Source: Candidatus Latescibacterota bacterium (GTDB lineage: Bacteria; Latescibacterota; UBA2968). From it: 64,000 nucleotides of DNA. Under the pieces are notes generated by a model that saw only the letters and a program-made list of their open reading frames with translations, did not search any database and was not told where the DNA came from. Below, piece after piece: positions 28,894 through 38,347 of the stretch. The position numbers and the translations under genes are program-made. The stretch spans positions 1,184,001 to 1,248,000 of the forward strand of contig OZ242311.1 of NCBI GenBank assembly GCA_965207885.1. The letters run 5' to 3'. The first letter of the stretch is position 1. The number at the start of each line of letters is the position of its first letter.

Positions 28894-29805
28894 TTATTTC
28901 ATTGCCAGATCGTCGAGCCATTGTGCCACGCTGTGTTGATTGCCCTGAATAAAAACAGGCGAGAGAGATCCTCGGGCGTGCAGGGCGTGGATGAGGCGGT
29001 CAATGGCGATGAGTTGTTCGCCGGGGGTTTTGCACCGAGGCCATTGGCTCACAAATTGGCGAATGGGCGTGAGATTTCCCGTGTGTGCATATCTGTCGTA
29101 TTGTTTTTTCCACGATTGCCATGTGAAGGCGTGACCACATGCCGCGCAGTTTAAGTGTTCGACCTTGCGTTTTTGCTGTTTTGTGAAAGCCCGCCATTTT
29201 TTTTCATAACCACAATGTGTGCAACAAAACATGGCGGACTCGTATTGGCCTTGCCTGTTGCAGTTGGGGCATGTGAGATCCCAATGAGAAGATATCTTTT
29301 TTATTTTTGATGATCTCAATTTTGAAGATGGTGGCTTGCGTAAGATATTGTTGCAATGCGGACAAGGAAGTCGCACGCGGTATTTGATAGATTGACGATA
29401 TTTCTGCCAGACCCAGATCTGTTTGCACGAAGAACAGGCGAGTGTGTTAGTGCTATAATTCCATGCCAATATTTTGCGACAATCAAAGCAGCGCGGGTGA
29501 TTGCGAAGTGCGTTTCTGCAATCATGCCAGGTTATTTTTTCCGCACAGATTGGACATGAGAATTGCGATGTAGATGGTTGAAAAGATGGTCGTTCCCGAT
29601 AGAAGTTCCGCCGATAGACAATCTGGTCGCACTGTGGACAGGGTACCTGGCCTCGCAGGGCCTGTCCAAACATCAAGACTGCTTCGCCGCGTGCGTAAAG
29701 TCCCCACCCAATGTGCAGGAGTTTATCTCCGTCAAAAATACCGCGGCGTATGCACTGGTAGAGTTGGCGGATGCGCCAGGGTTTAAGGCGAGGTGCCCCT
29801 TGCAT
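28894..29805 (-). CDS. Hypothetical basic protein with eight CxxC motifs (multi-Zn-ribbon)
   Basis: CPQC, CPIC, CFDC, CSSC, CPHC, CPNC, CTHC, CAAC; start codon uncertain. Confidence 0.65.
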   Translation of the reverse strand: MQGAPRLKPWRIRQLYQCIRRGIFDGDKLLHIGWGLYARGEAVLMFGQALRGQVPCPQCDQIVYRRNFYRERPSFQPSTSQFSCPICAEKITWHDCRNALRNHPRCFDCRKILAWNYSTNTLACSSCKQIWVWQKYRQSIKYRVRLPCPHCNNILRKPPSSKLRSSKIKKISSHWDLTCPNCNRQGQYESAMFCCTHCGYEKKWRAFTKQQKRKVEHLNCAACGHAFTWQSWKKQYDRYAHTGNLTPIRQFVSQWPRCKTPGEQLIAIDRLIHALHARGSLSPVFIQGNQHSVAQWLDDLAMK

Positions 29806-29891
29806 AGTCGTATCCTTTTGTTTGTCGCGTTCTGATCTGAAGATACAGTTCAAAAAGTCCTCACACAAGTCCCCCTTCCTATGCCGACACC

Positions 29892-29920
29892 TTGACATGG
29901 AAGAAATGGCGACTTATCAT
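29892..29920 (+). promoter_or_regulatory. Sigma70-type promoter of the creatininase-led operon
   Basis: TTGACA, 17 bp spacer, TATCAT; 46 bp upstream of ATG 29967. Confidence 0.65.
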
Positions 29921-29966
29921 GAGCGTCCCATCATTCATAGAGCAGCACACATAGCCGAGGCTTATT

Positions 29967-30746
29967 ATGCGCCAAAATCTTTCGGGCATCCTGGAAGAAA
30001 TGACCATTGACGATGTGCGATCACTCGCGCCCAATGTAGCGGTCATCCCAATAGGCTCCACCGAACCGCACGGACCTGCATTGCCCTATGGAACGGACAA
30101 CTTTCAAGTGGAATACGTCGCTTATGGAGGCACGCGCAAAGCCAATGAAATGGGCGGGCGCGTCGTGTGTTTCCCCACGCAGCGGGTGAGCTTAAACAAC
30201 AACTTTCGCGCCTTTCCATTCGCGTGCCGCATGCAAGTCCCCACATTTATGAACCTGTTGAAAGACCTGGTGGCAATGTGCCGCGCGGAAAATGTACACC
30301 GCATAGTATTCATCAATGGTCACGGCGGCAACCCCGACGCCATCCGTGCAGTACAGCGCGATTTGGCCGCGCAAGACGGACTCTTCACATGCTTGATCAG
30401 CACGGGGACCTGTGCATCGGAAGACGCAAAAGCCATTTGGGAAAATCGCAGCGATCACGCAGGCGAAGAAGAAACCTCCCAAATCATGTTCTTGCGCCCC
30501 GAACTCGTGCGTGAAAATCTAATAGCCAACAACCCTCCCCAGTATCCCAAATTGAAAACACTGCGGGAATTTGACATCCACTTTGTGCGCCCCTGGCATT
30601 TGTATTTGCCCACATCCGCTGGCGGCGATGCGCGAAAAGCCTCAGCACAAAAAGGCGAGACAGTCTTAAACTCAGCCGTGGAAGGAACCGGGCGATTCCT
30701 GACTGAACTATCACAGACAGAGGATTCAGAGACGTTTCCCTATTGA
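29967..30746 (+). CDS. Creatininase-family amidohydrolase
   Basis: GSTEPHGPALPYGTD, NGHGGN, DHAGEEETS. Confidence 0.9.
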   Translation: MRQNLSGILEEMTIDDVRSLAPNVAVIPIGSTEPHGPALPYGTDNFQVEYVAYGGTRKANEMGGRVVCFPTQRVSLNNNFRAFPFACRMQVPTFMNLLKDLVAMCRAENVHRIVFINGHGGNPDAIRAVQRDLAAQDGLFTCLISTGTCASEDAKAIWENRSDHAGEEETSQIMFLRPELVRENLIANNPPQYPKLKTLREFDIHFVRPWHLYLPTSAGGDARKASAQKGETVLNSAVEGTGRFLTELSQTEDSETFPY

Positions 30747-30758
30747 AAGGACCACAGC

Positions 30759-31847
30759 ATGATCACCTACGACACACTCGGCGTAAAACCATTTATCAAC
30801 GCGAGTGGCACCATTACCACACTCGGTGGTAGCTTGATGTCAGATGAAGTACTGGAGGCGATGTGCGAGGCGGGAGGATCATTTGTCGATTTGAATGACC
30901 TGCTCGTAAAAGCAGGCGAATATCTGGCAGACCGCATTGGCGTACCTGCGGCCTTTATCTCTTGTGGCGCAGCCAGCGGTGTACAATTGTCCGCCGCGGC
31001 GTGTTTAACAGGACCTGACATATCAAAAGCGCGCCAGTTGCCGCATACACAGGGATGGCAAAACGAATTTGTAATCAGCCTGGTCGATAGCCATACGTAC
31101 ATCCATCAGGGCATTGAAGTCTGCGGAGGCAAACTCGTGCGGGTTGGCAGCGAACAGGCGGTAACCAGTGAAGACCTCATCGGCGGAATCGGCGAAAAAA
31201 CAGCGGCTGTGGTGCATTTTTTGGGCAAACAAAGCAAAGAACAACTCGCAGAAGTCATCGCAGGCGCCGAAAAAAAAAGCATACCCGTCATGGTAGATGC
31301 GGCTGCACAGTTGCCTCCCCGTTCGAACTTAACCGAACTCGTCGAAATGGGTGCAAGCCTCGTGACATTCAGCGGTGGTAAGGGATTGTGCGGACCTCAA
31401 AACAGCGGTCTGGTCGTGGGAAAAGCGGATTGCGTAGAAGCCGTGCGGATCAATGCGAGTCCGCATTCGGCAATTGGACGCGGCATGAAAGTCGGCAAAG
31501 AAGAAATCCTGGGATTAATCGCGGCTATAGATCTATTTTTGAGCCGAAGCGATCGCGAAGACCGCCAGCGCTGGCAGGGGCAAGCTCGCGTCGTGGTAGA
31601 TGCAGTCGAAAATATCGCAAACGCCTATGTAATGACCGAAGGACAGGATGCCGCGCCCGAATTTGCGCCCCGCGCATACATAGACCTGCCAGATGAACAG
31701 CGCGATACCGTAATCCACGCATTGAAAGAAGGCGAGCCGTCAATTGTCGTACGGCGAAGTGCCAGAGGTATTTTGATCGACCCCATGACCATGCAAATAG
31801 GTGAAGAAGCCATAGTCGCAGAAAAATTGCTGGAGGTATTGACATGA
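30759..31847 (+). CDS. SelA-like/DgaE-family PLP-dependent enzyme
   Basis: INASGTITTLGGS, VDAAAQLPP, FSGGK (PLP lysine), IGRGMKVGKEE; 362 aa, shorter than true SelA. Confidence 0.85.
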   Translation: MITYDTLGVKPFINASGTITTLGGSLMSDEVLEAMCEAGGSFVDLNDLLVKAGEYLADRIGVPAAFISCGAASGVQLSAAACLTGPDISKARQLPHTQGWQNEFVISLVDSHTYIHQGIEVCGGKLVRVGSEQAVTSEDLIGGIGEKTAAVVHFLGKQSKEQLAEVIAGAEKKSIPVMVDAAAQLPPRSNLTELVEMGASLVTFSGGKGLCGPQNSGLVVGKADCVEAVRINASPHSAIGRGMKVGKEEILGLIAAIDLFLSRSDREDRQRWQGQARVVVDAVENIANAYVMTEGQDAAPEFAPRAYIDLPDEQRDTVIHALKEGEPSIVVRRSARGILIDPMTMQIGEEAIVAEKLLEVLT

Positions 31848-32671
31848 TCGACGCGCATTTACACCTCACGCACAACGGCAGATCGGTTGAAGAGACCATC
31901 ACACATATCGAAGCCATCGGCGCGGAAAAAGCCGTCATGCTACCCATTGAAGATGGCGACGACGAGTTTGGCTGGATGACCGAAGACATAGTAAAGGCGC
32001 ATCGGGATTATCCCGATACCATCATCCCCTTCTGCCATGTAGATGTCACGCGGGAAGACGCCGTGACCGAACTGGAAAAACGCGCCGCCAGCGGCATTTT
32101 TAAGGGCTATGGCGAACAAAAACAGCACCTGCGACTGGACGATCCGCGATTGGAAAAAGCACTGGCAGTCTGCAATGAATTGAACTGGCCCGTAACCTGG
32201 CATTTTCAAGAAGGCGAGCGGGGATATAACCAGGGCATTGAACACCTCGAAGTCCTACTAAAAAAATTCCCCAATATTAAATTCATCGGCCATGCCCAAT
32301 CGTGGTGGGCGCATATCAGCGCCGACGTACCCGCCCCCGAAGAGACCCTGTATCCCACGGGCGCGGTCAAACCCGACGGCTTAATAGATCGGCTATTGGC
32401 AGACTATCCCAATATATTTGCCGATTTATCCGCGGGTTCGGGTCTGGGCGGACTGACGCGGGACGAGGATTTCACCGCGGGATTCCTGGCGCGGCATGGC
32501 AAAAAATTGATGTTTGCCACAGACTGTCCATGCAGAGATGGCAAAGGTGGAGGCCTCTCCCGCGGCGCGTGTTTCGCGCAATTGAGTCTCCCATTCCTCA
32601 AACGCATGCTCGCCCCCAACGCACTGGAAGATATCTTGCACAACAATGCAGTGATGATTTTAAATCTGTGA
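31844..32671 (+). CDS. Amidohydrolase_2-family protein
   Basis: IDAHLH, FIGHA, ADLSAGSG, LMFATD. Confidence 0.85.
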   Translation: MIDAHLHLTHNGRSVEETITHIEAIGAEKAVMLPIEDGDDEFGWMTEDIVKAHRDYPDTIIPFCHVDVTREDAVTELEKRAASGIFKGYGEQKQHLRLDDPRLEKALAVCNELNWPVTWHFQEGERGYNQGIEHLEVLLKKFPNIKFIGHAQSWWAHISADVPAPEETLYPTGAVKPDGLIDRLLADYPNIFADLSAGSGLGGLTRDEDFTAGFLARHGKKLMFATDCPCRDGKGGGLSRGACFAQLSLPFLKRMLAPNALEDILHNNAVMILNL

Positions 32672-32694
32672 AGACTATCATACAGGGGCGTGGT

Positions 32695-33606
32695 TTGAAA
32701 AAAGTTTATGTATTGTTGACAATGGACTGCGAGACGGCCAGGTCCGACGTGACCCCCCATGCCAGGCGAATGTCGGGTAGTGGCCCTGCGGATTATCGGG
32801 AGAGTGAACGATCGATCTATTTTTACGTTGAGACAGCAAAGGCTTATGGGTTTCCGGTCACGCTTTTTGCGCACCCGGAAGTAGCGCTTGAGAATGCAGA
32901 TCTGCTTCAGACGCTGCAGGATCAGGGCGCGTGTTTGGGGCTGCATTTGCATCCATACAAGCTCAGTGGAGGGAGATACAAATACGATCTGGGCGCATAT
33001 TCTGCGCGTACGCAGCGCGAGATTATTCAAGAGGCAATGGAGATATGGGCGTCTGCGCTGGGCAAGGCGCCCCGTTATTTCAGAGCGGGTTATTTTTCGG
33101 CCAATGATTGCACATTCGGCGTGCTGAGCGAACTGGGATTTGTGGGCGGAAGTCTTTCAAATCCGGGGCGGGTTCTACCCGCGCACTGCAGTGTTTGGGC
33201 CGGTGCAGAGCCCTATCCTCACCGGGCGCATCTGGGATTTCGTTTGATTCGAGGAAATAGCGACTTTATCAATGTACCGGTATCCGCAGCATTTGGTAGG
33301 CCGGTTGCCCAGGGCCATGCGGGCGAGCAGGGCTATGAATGGTCCTATGTCCCGCACACGTACGACCACAGGGCAATTATTCGGGATGTGCTAAATCGTT
33401 TCCGAATCGAAGATCCCCGGTTTGGCACCCTTGTGACGGACAGCCATAATGATCAGGATTATTCCGACCCCGGGCATCCCGCAAGGCAGAACCTGGAGTT
33501 GATACTCAGATCGATTGGGGATTTCTGCGGACAGATGGAGATGATCCCCGTGGGGATTACGCTTGATGCCCTGTGTGAGCTTGTTCTGGCCGATGGGAAT
33601 GCGTAG
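32695..33606 (+). CDS. Polysaccharide deacetylase-like (CE4/NodB fold) protein
   Basis: LTMDCE, GLHLHP, FRAGYFS motifs; start is either TTG 32695 or GTG 32668. Confidence 0.7.
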   Translation: MKKVYVLLTMDCETARSDVTPHARRMSGSGPADYRESERSIYFYVETAKAYGFPVTLFAHPEVALENADLLQTLQDQGACLGLHLHPYKLSGGRYKYDLGAYSARTQREIIQEAMEIWASALGKAPRYFRAGYFSANDCTFGVLSELGFVGGSLSNPGRVLPAHCSVWAGAEPYPHRAHLGFRLIRGNSDFINVPVSAAFGRPVAQGHAGEQGYEWSYVPHTYDHRAIIRDVLNRFRIEDPRFGTLVTDSHNDQDYSDPGHPARQNLELILRSIGDFCGQMEMIPVGITLDALCELVLADGNA

Positions 33607-33633
33607 TGTTCAATTATTAAATGGGAGAAAACC

Positions 33634-34452
33634 GTGCGAATCGATTCTCATGTACACGTATGGACAATGGGGGCACCGCCGTTTACCCATAATAATGACA
33701 TGACCACACAACGGCCCGATTATCCGGGGCTGGTGGAAAATCTCATCAGGTACATGGATCTCAATAAAATCGACCGCACCGTGCTGATCCAGTGCATGTA
33801 TCACGGGTATCACAATCGCTATATGTGCGATTGTCTGAAGCGATTTCCAAATCGCCTGCACGGGGTGGCTCTAATCGATCCCCTGAAACCCGACGCGCCC
33901 GAAACACTGGCGCGTCTGCACCGGGATCACGGAGTGCAGGGAATGCGATTGTATCCGATTAAAGATCGGGATGCGTCGTGGTTGTCAGATCCTGGGCAGC
34001 ATGCGCTTTGGGAGACAGCACAAAGGCTGGGCGTGCCCTTTACATGGTTTGGACGCTGCCATCAGATTCCACTGCTGGAACCGATATTGCGGCAATTTCC
34101 CGAGGTAAATGTAATAGTAGATCATCTGGGCGAGCCGATCCTGTCCGAAGGGCTGGACGGCAGTTTCGGGATCTTGCTGGCAGCGGCAAAATATCCCAAT
34201 CTCTTTGTTAAAGCGACCCGGATTGATGGGATTTCCGAGCAACCCTGGCCACACGAAGATGTGTATCCCTATGTCAGAGCCGTGTACGAGGCTTTTGGGC
34301 CTGAACGGATGCTGGGATGCACGGGATTTCCGGAAAATCCGCAGCGCGGGGAGGCCGTTGGTTTTCGCGTGCTTGAAGAGATGGACTTTCTGTCAGATGA
34401 GGACAGAGCATGGATTTTGGGCAAGACAGCCGATACACTCTACGGCGCATAA
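33634..34452 (+). CDS. Amidohydrolase_2-family protein (sugar-lactonase-like)
   Basis: IDSHVHVW, VIVDHLG, FGPERML. Confidence 0.85.
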   Translation: MRIDSHVHVWTMGAPPFTHNNDMTTQRPDYPGLVENLIRYMDLNKIDRTVLIQCMYHGYHNRYMCDCLKRFPNRLHGVALIDPLKPDAPETLARLHRDHGVQGMRLYPIKDRDASWLSDPGQHALWETAQRLGVPFTWFGRCHQIPLLEPILRQFPEVNVIVDHLGEPILSEGLDGSFGILLAAAKYPNLFVKATRIDGISEQPWPHEDVYPYVRAVYEAFGPERMLGCTGFPENPQRGEAVGFRVLEEMDFLSDEDRAWILGKTADTLYGA

Positions 34453-34465
34453 GGAAAAGGCAGAA

Positions 34466-37258
34466 ATGTACAAACCTGATGATATCGAAAACGCCCGGCA
34501 AAATCTATCTCGCTACGGTTGGGCGCAGGAAATCGTGAATGGCTGGGCGCAAAGCGTTGCATTTGCCATGCAGCAAGATCGGGCGTTTTTCGACACAATG
34601 ATCCCCGAATTGACCCCCGGCACACATTATGGTCAGAACTGTCCGCACTGTGTGGGCAAGCAATCGCTAATGGGCGGCGGACTCTTTGACTGGCACATTG
34701 ACAGCCCGGATGAAATTACCTGTCGCGCATGTGCCACAGTTTATCCCAACGCGCAGTACCCGGAGACCGGCTTACTGGTATGCCCGCGAATGGGTCAACA
34801 GTTCACCTATTATGAAACGCCCGAAGAAGTGGCCGACCCCGAAAATCGCGCAAAGCACGCACTCAAATGGCTTGGGGACCGCCCCACAATGACGAGTTTT
34901 AGCGGTCATATTCGAGATCGCAAAGTAAGCTGGGCGCGAAGTCAGGCATTGACACTTGCCAAACTGTACGCGGTAACAGGTGAAATTGGATACGCCGAGC
35001 GCGCGGTGTGGATCCTCGACCGGATCGCCCGGGTATTTCCGAATTATCTCTACCATTCCTACGACGGAAGTGTTGCGGACTGCCCACCTGCAGAGGTAGC
35101 GGCCAACATGGGCAAAGAAGAGGCTGAGGGAGGTCCTCGCGGGGGACGCTTCCCAAAAGATGCAATCTGCCACGCTTATGATTTGCACCAATTTGAGGAT
35201 TATTCGACGATGAACAACGGGTTCTGGGGCGCGGGCCGCATGAACGTCCATGGAAAGGGAAGCGATGCCGGAGCGCTATATGTATTGACCGTTGCCTACG
35301 ACCTGATCCGCGATGCAGAGTACACGTCTGGTCGTCGTCTGATAGACCGGGATACAGCACGACGGATAAAAGAGGACCTGATCCTCGCCGGATGTGTGGA
35401 CATGATGCACTGGAATTCTCTCAGCAACAAGGGCACAGCGGTTTTTGTACTAAGCGCTGCAGTGGGAATGCTTCTGGATCACCCCCAGAAGGTGCGGCAC
35501 GCGCTGGATGGCTTCAATCGGATGCTGGCAGAACGGTATCATCACGATGGTTTTTACTCGGAATCGCCATCCTATTCGGCTCACAATCTTTTCAACGTGC
35601 ATGAACTGGCCGACTTGCTACACGGATATAGCGATCCCCCCGGTTATCAGCCAGAAAAAGGCGAGCGGATCGAGCAGTTAGACATGTTTTCAAGCGGGCG
35701 TTACCCTCTCTCCCTGCTATCTCTGACCAAAATGCTCGCACCCGGCAACCGCATGCCAGTGATTGGCGATACGCAGTACGATACCGAAGCGAACCTTCTC
35801 TCCGCTGAAATTCTCGCCGCGCGTCTCGGTAGCGCGCACGCTGGCTTACTGGAACTCGTTCAGGGAGCATCTTTATCCGAAAAAGGCGGAGAGTACGCGC
35901 TGTGGTACCGTCCTTATGATCTGCAATCAGAGTCAACGACACTACCCCTGCATACCGAGTGGTTCCCCGGCTGGCATGTTGGCGTCTTGCGCGGCGGTCG
36001 AGATGACACCGCGCTTTATTTAAATGGCAATGAGCACCAGTGGACCTTGCAAACCAGTCACCGGCAGCAAGATATTTTGAGCCTGAGCTATTACGCTTAT
36101 GGGGAGGAACTCGCCTCGGACCGCGGTTATTTTTCTGGCAGCAGCCAGCAACTCCCAGACGGCCGCAGCGGACAAATTTGGGTAAAAAGCAGCCTATCGC
36201 ACAACCTGGTGGTAGTCGATGAAGAAGAGCAAAACAACACGGCTTGCGGTTCCAACCTGGAATTATTTGGCACAGCACCAGGCATTGAAGTCGTACAGGC
36301 CTCGGGCGTGAATGTGTACCCCCAGTGTCAGGAATATCGACGCACCTGCGCGATGGTAACAACGCCACAGGGACAAACCTATAGTGTGGATCTTTTCAGG
36401 GTCAAAGGCGGACGGATCCATCAATACAATTTCCACTGCAATGGCTCACCAATAGGCATGAACCCGACAACGCCATCGCCACAGGCAGTAGTTCTGGGAG
36501 ACGCCTGGGATATGTGGCTCGAAAATCCTCAGGCGATTGCACCCCAGGAACCGACCACATTTACATGGCAATTTCGGAATGTGAATCTGGATCTGATGTT
36601 GTTAAATGTGCCACACCGCATTATTCTCGCAGATGCGCCCGGCTGGCGGGTTGGAACACCTGAGGAACTGGAAAAACCAGCGATCAGACAAATTTTCGCA
36701 GAAAACTGCGCCGAGGATGGCAATGATACACTTGCAAGCCAGTACGCCGCTGTGATTGCGCCCTACAAAGCTGGAAATTCTCCACTACTTAGCGCGCGAT
36801 TGCTCGCAGATGATCCAGACACCGGCGTTCTGGCCGTTAAAGTAAAACTATTGGACCGCACCGATTATATTATTTCGACAAAGGATCAAAAAGAACGACA
36901 ATTCGGGCCCGTGACCGCTGCCGCGCAATTCGCATTTGTGTCGGTAAATGATCAAGGCGTGCAGGGCTATTTGCTGAACGGCACAGTATTGACATATGGC
37001 AATCTGAAAATTTCACTCACAGAGGCGAGCACCTCTCTGAAGGTACAGTCGGTGGAGAAAAGTGTAATTCATCTCGCAGAACCGTTACAAAACCCACAGG
37101 CAGTCATCGGCTCTTATTTACTCGCTGGAGAGTCACCTCAGACCGGTTTTGAAATTGTATCGGCCACAGAAAACGCGATTACCGTGCGGGACTATCCCGC
37201 GATTACTTGCGACAAAATCAGAATCTTAAATTCCGCCTGGGCGCATATTGCACCTTAA
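34466..37258 (+). CDS. Heparinase II/III-like polysaccharide lyase
   Basis: DGFYSESPSY, SHRQQDILSL, SDRGY, SLSHNLVVVDE, VDLFRVKGG; ATG 34466 after a purine-rich RBS. Confidence 0.75.
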   Translation: MYKPDDIENARQNLSRYGWAQEIVNGWAQSVAFAMQQDRAFFDTMIPELTPGTHYGQNCPHCVGKQSLMGGGLFDWHIDSPDEITCRACATVYPNAQYPETGLLVCPRMGQQFTYYETPEEVADPENRAKHALKWLGDRPTMTSFSGHIRDRKVSWARSQALTLAKLYAVTGEIGYAERAVWILDRIARVFPNYLYHSYDGSVADCPPAEVAANMGKEEAEGGPRGGRFPKDAICHAYDLHQFEDYSTMNNGFWGAGRMNVHGKGSDAGALYVLTVAYDLIRDAEYTSGRRLIDRDTARRIKEDLILAGCVDMMHWNSLSNKGTAVFVLSAAVGMLLDHPQKVRHALDGFNRMLAERYHHDGFYSESPSYSAHNLFNVHELADLLHGYSDPPGYQPEKGERIEQLDMFSSGRYPLSLLSLTKMLAPGNRMPVIGDTQYDTEANLLSAEILAARLGSAHAGLLELVQGASLSEKGGEYALWYRPYDLQSESTTLPLHTEWFPGWHVGVLRGGRDDTALYLNGNEHQWTLQTSHRQQDILSLSYYAYGEELASDRGYFSGSSQQLPDGRSGQIWVKSSLSHNLVVVDEEEQNNTACGSNLELFGTAPGIEVVQASGVNVYPQCQEYRRTCAMVTTPQGQTYSVDLFRVKGGRIHQYNFHCNGSPIGMNPTTPSPQAVVLGDAWDMWLENPQAIAPQEPTTFTWQFRNVNLDLMLLNVPHRIILADAPGWRVGTPEELEKPAIRQIFAENCAEDGNDTLASQYAAVIAPYKAGNSPLLSARLLADDPDTGVLAVKVKLLDRTDYIISTKDQKERQFGPVTAAAQFAFVSVNDQGVQGYLLNGTVLTYGNLKISLTEASTSLKVQSVEKSVIHLAEPLQNPQAVIGSYLLAGESPQTGFEIVSATENAITVRDYPAITCDKIRILNSAWAHIAP

Positions 37259-37275
37259 AATAGGGAGGGATTCAC

Positions 37276-38313
37276 ATGCAAATCTTCGATCAATATTCAG
37301 ATATCCTGCAGCGGATTGAACAGAAAGGATATCCATCCCGGGTACTCGGACATACGCCGGATGGATCGCCGCTGGTATGTCTCAGAACTGGAGGAGAAAA
37401 AACACCGGCTATTTTTATCAGCGCGGGCAGCCATTCGACGGAACAGGCCGGGGTCGGAGCGGCAATGGGACTTATGGACGCACTCGACACAGAGCATCAG
37501 GTCTATGTGATACCCACCCGCGATCCAATGGGAATGAACGGATATGCGTACACGCTGAGCTTGAGCCTCGGCGAAGAGCCGGAATTAAACTCTGTAGAGG
37601 ACATCAAGAAAATTCTACGAGCACACGGCGAGGTACTCTACGAAGAAGGTGAAACAATAATCGCAATTATAGGCGAATACGGGTATTCGACTGAGGGAAT
37701 TTTCGGGAAATTCGAGGTAGGAGTTGATTTTCTAAAACCGCTCTTTGGGCGGCGCATTTTCTTTCCATCGCTGGCCGAAGGCATTGAAGGCACTGCCCTC
37801 TGCCAGCGAGCCTATACCCTGATAGTGAGTCCAGAAGGCGAAGTATTGCACATCAATCGCTTTCACGACACAGCCTGGTCGCCTGTGGAACCGCGTTGCA
37901 CGCGCAACTTGATGGCTGAAATTCAGCCTGGACTAACACTGGACCTGCACGAATACGGAGGAGATGGCTTCTGGTTCTCCGCCCGCCACCAGCGCAACGA
38001 AAATGATGAAATGTGGGAAAAGCAGATGGCAGATGCAATCATTCGAGCAGTTGCCGATTCCGGAGCCAAACTTGCGCCAGAAGGTTATTCGCCCGGATCG
38101 TTTTTTGAAACAGGAGAACGCGGCGTATTCTGGTTGATCGCCCAGGATCGGGGAGAGGGCCTGAATCTGGCCGATTACGGAGCGCATCAATACGGTCCGT
38201 CATTTACAATTGAGACGGGAATGACCATGCAGGGCGGTTATCAGGAACGCGTGCAAACATCTATGTTGGCAGCGCAAACCGCGATCTCAGTTTTTGAAGA
38301 ACGCTGGCGTTGA
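37276..38313 (+). CDS. M14-like zinc carboxypeptidase/deacylase
   Basis: AGSHSTE (HxxE), NRF, LDLHE, TIETG. Confidence 0.7.
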   Translation: MQIFDQYSDILQRIEQKGYPSRVLGHTPDGSPLVCLRTGGEKTPAIFISAGSHSTEQAGVGAAMGLMDALDTEHQVYVIPTRDPMGMNGYAYTLSLSLGEEPELNSVEDIKKILRAHGEVLYEEGETIIAIIGEYGYSTEGIFGKFEVGVDFLKPLFGRRIFFPSLAEGIEGTALCQRAYTLIVSPEGEVLHINRFHDTAWSPVEPRCTRNLMAEIQPGLTLDLHEYGGDGFWFSARHQRNENDEMWEKQMADAIIRAVADSGAKLAPEGYSPGSFFETGERGVFWLIAQDRGEGLNLADYGAHQYGPSFTIETGMTMQGGYQERVQTSMLAAQTAISVFEERWR

Positions 38314-38347
38314 GACAATAAAGATTACCCGTGAGGGGAATCGCGTT

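Noticed and set aside
30759-31847. SelA-like gene as the selenocysteine synthase serving the Sec-ArsC
   Set aside because: It has the FSGGK/GRGMKVGKE signature and ~360-aa size of the DgaE-like family rather than the SGDKLLGGPQ motif of true SelA; no selB or selC is nearby.
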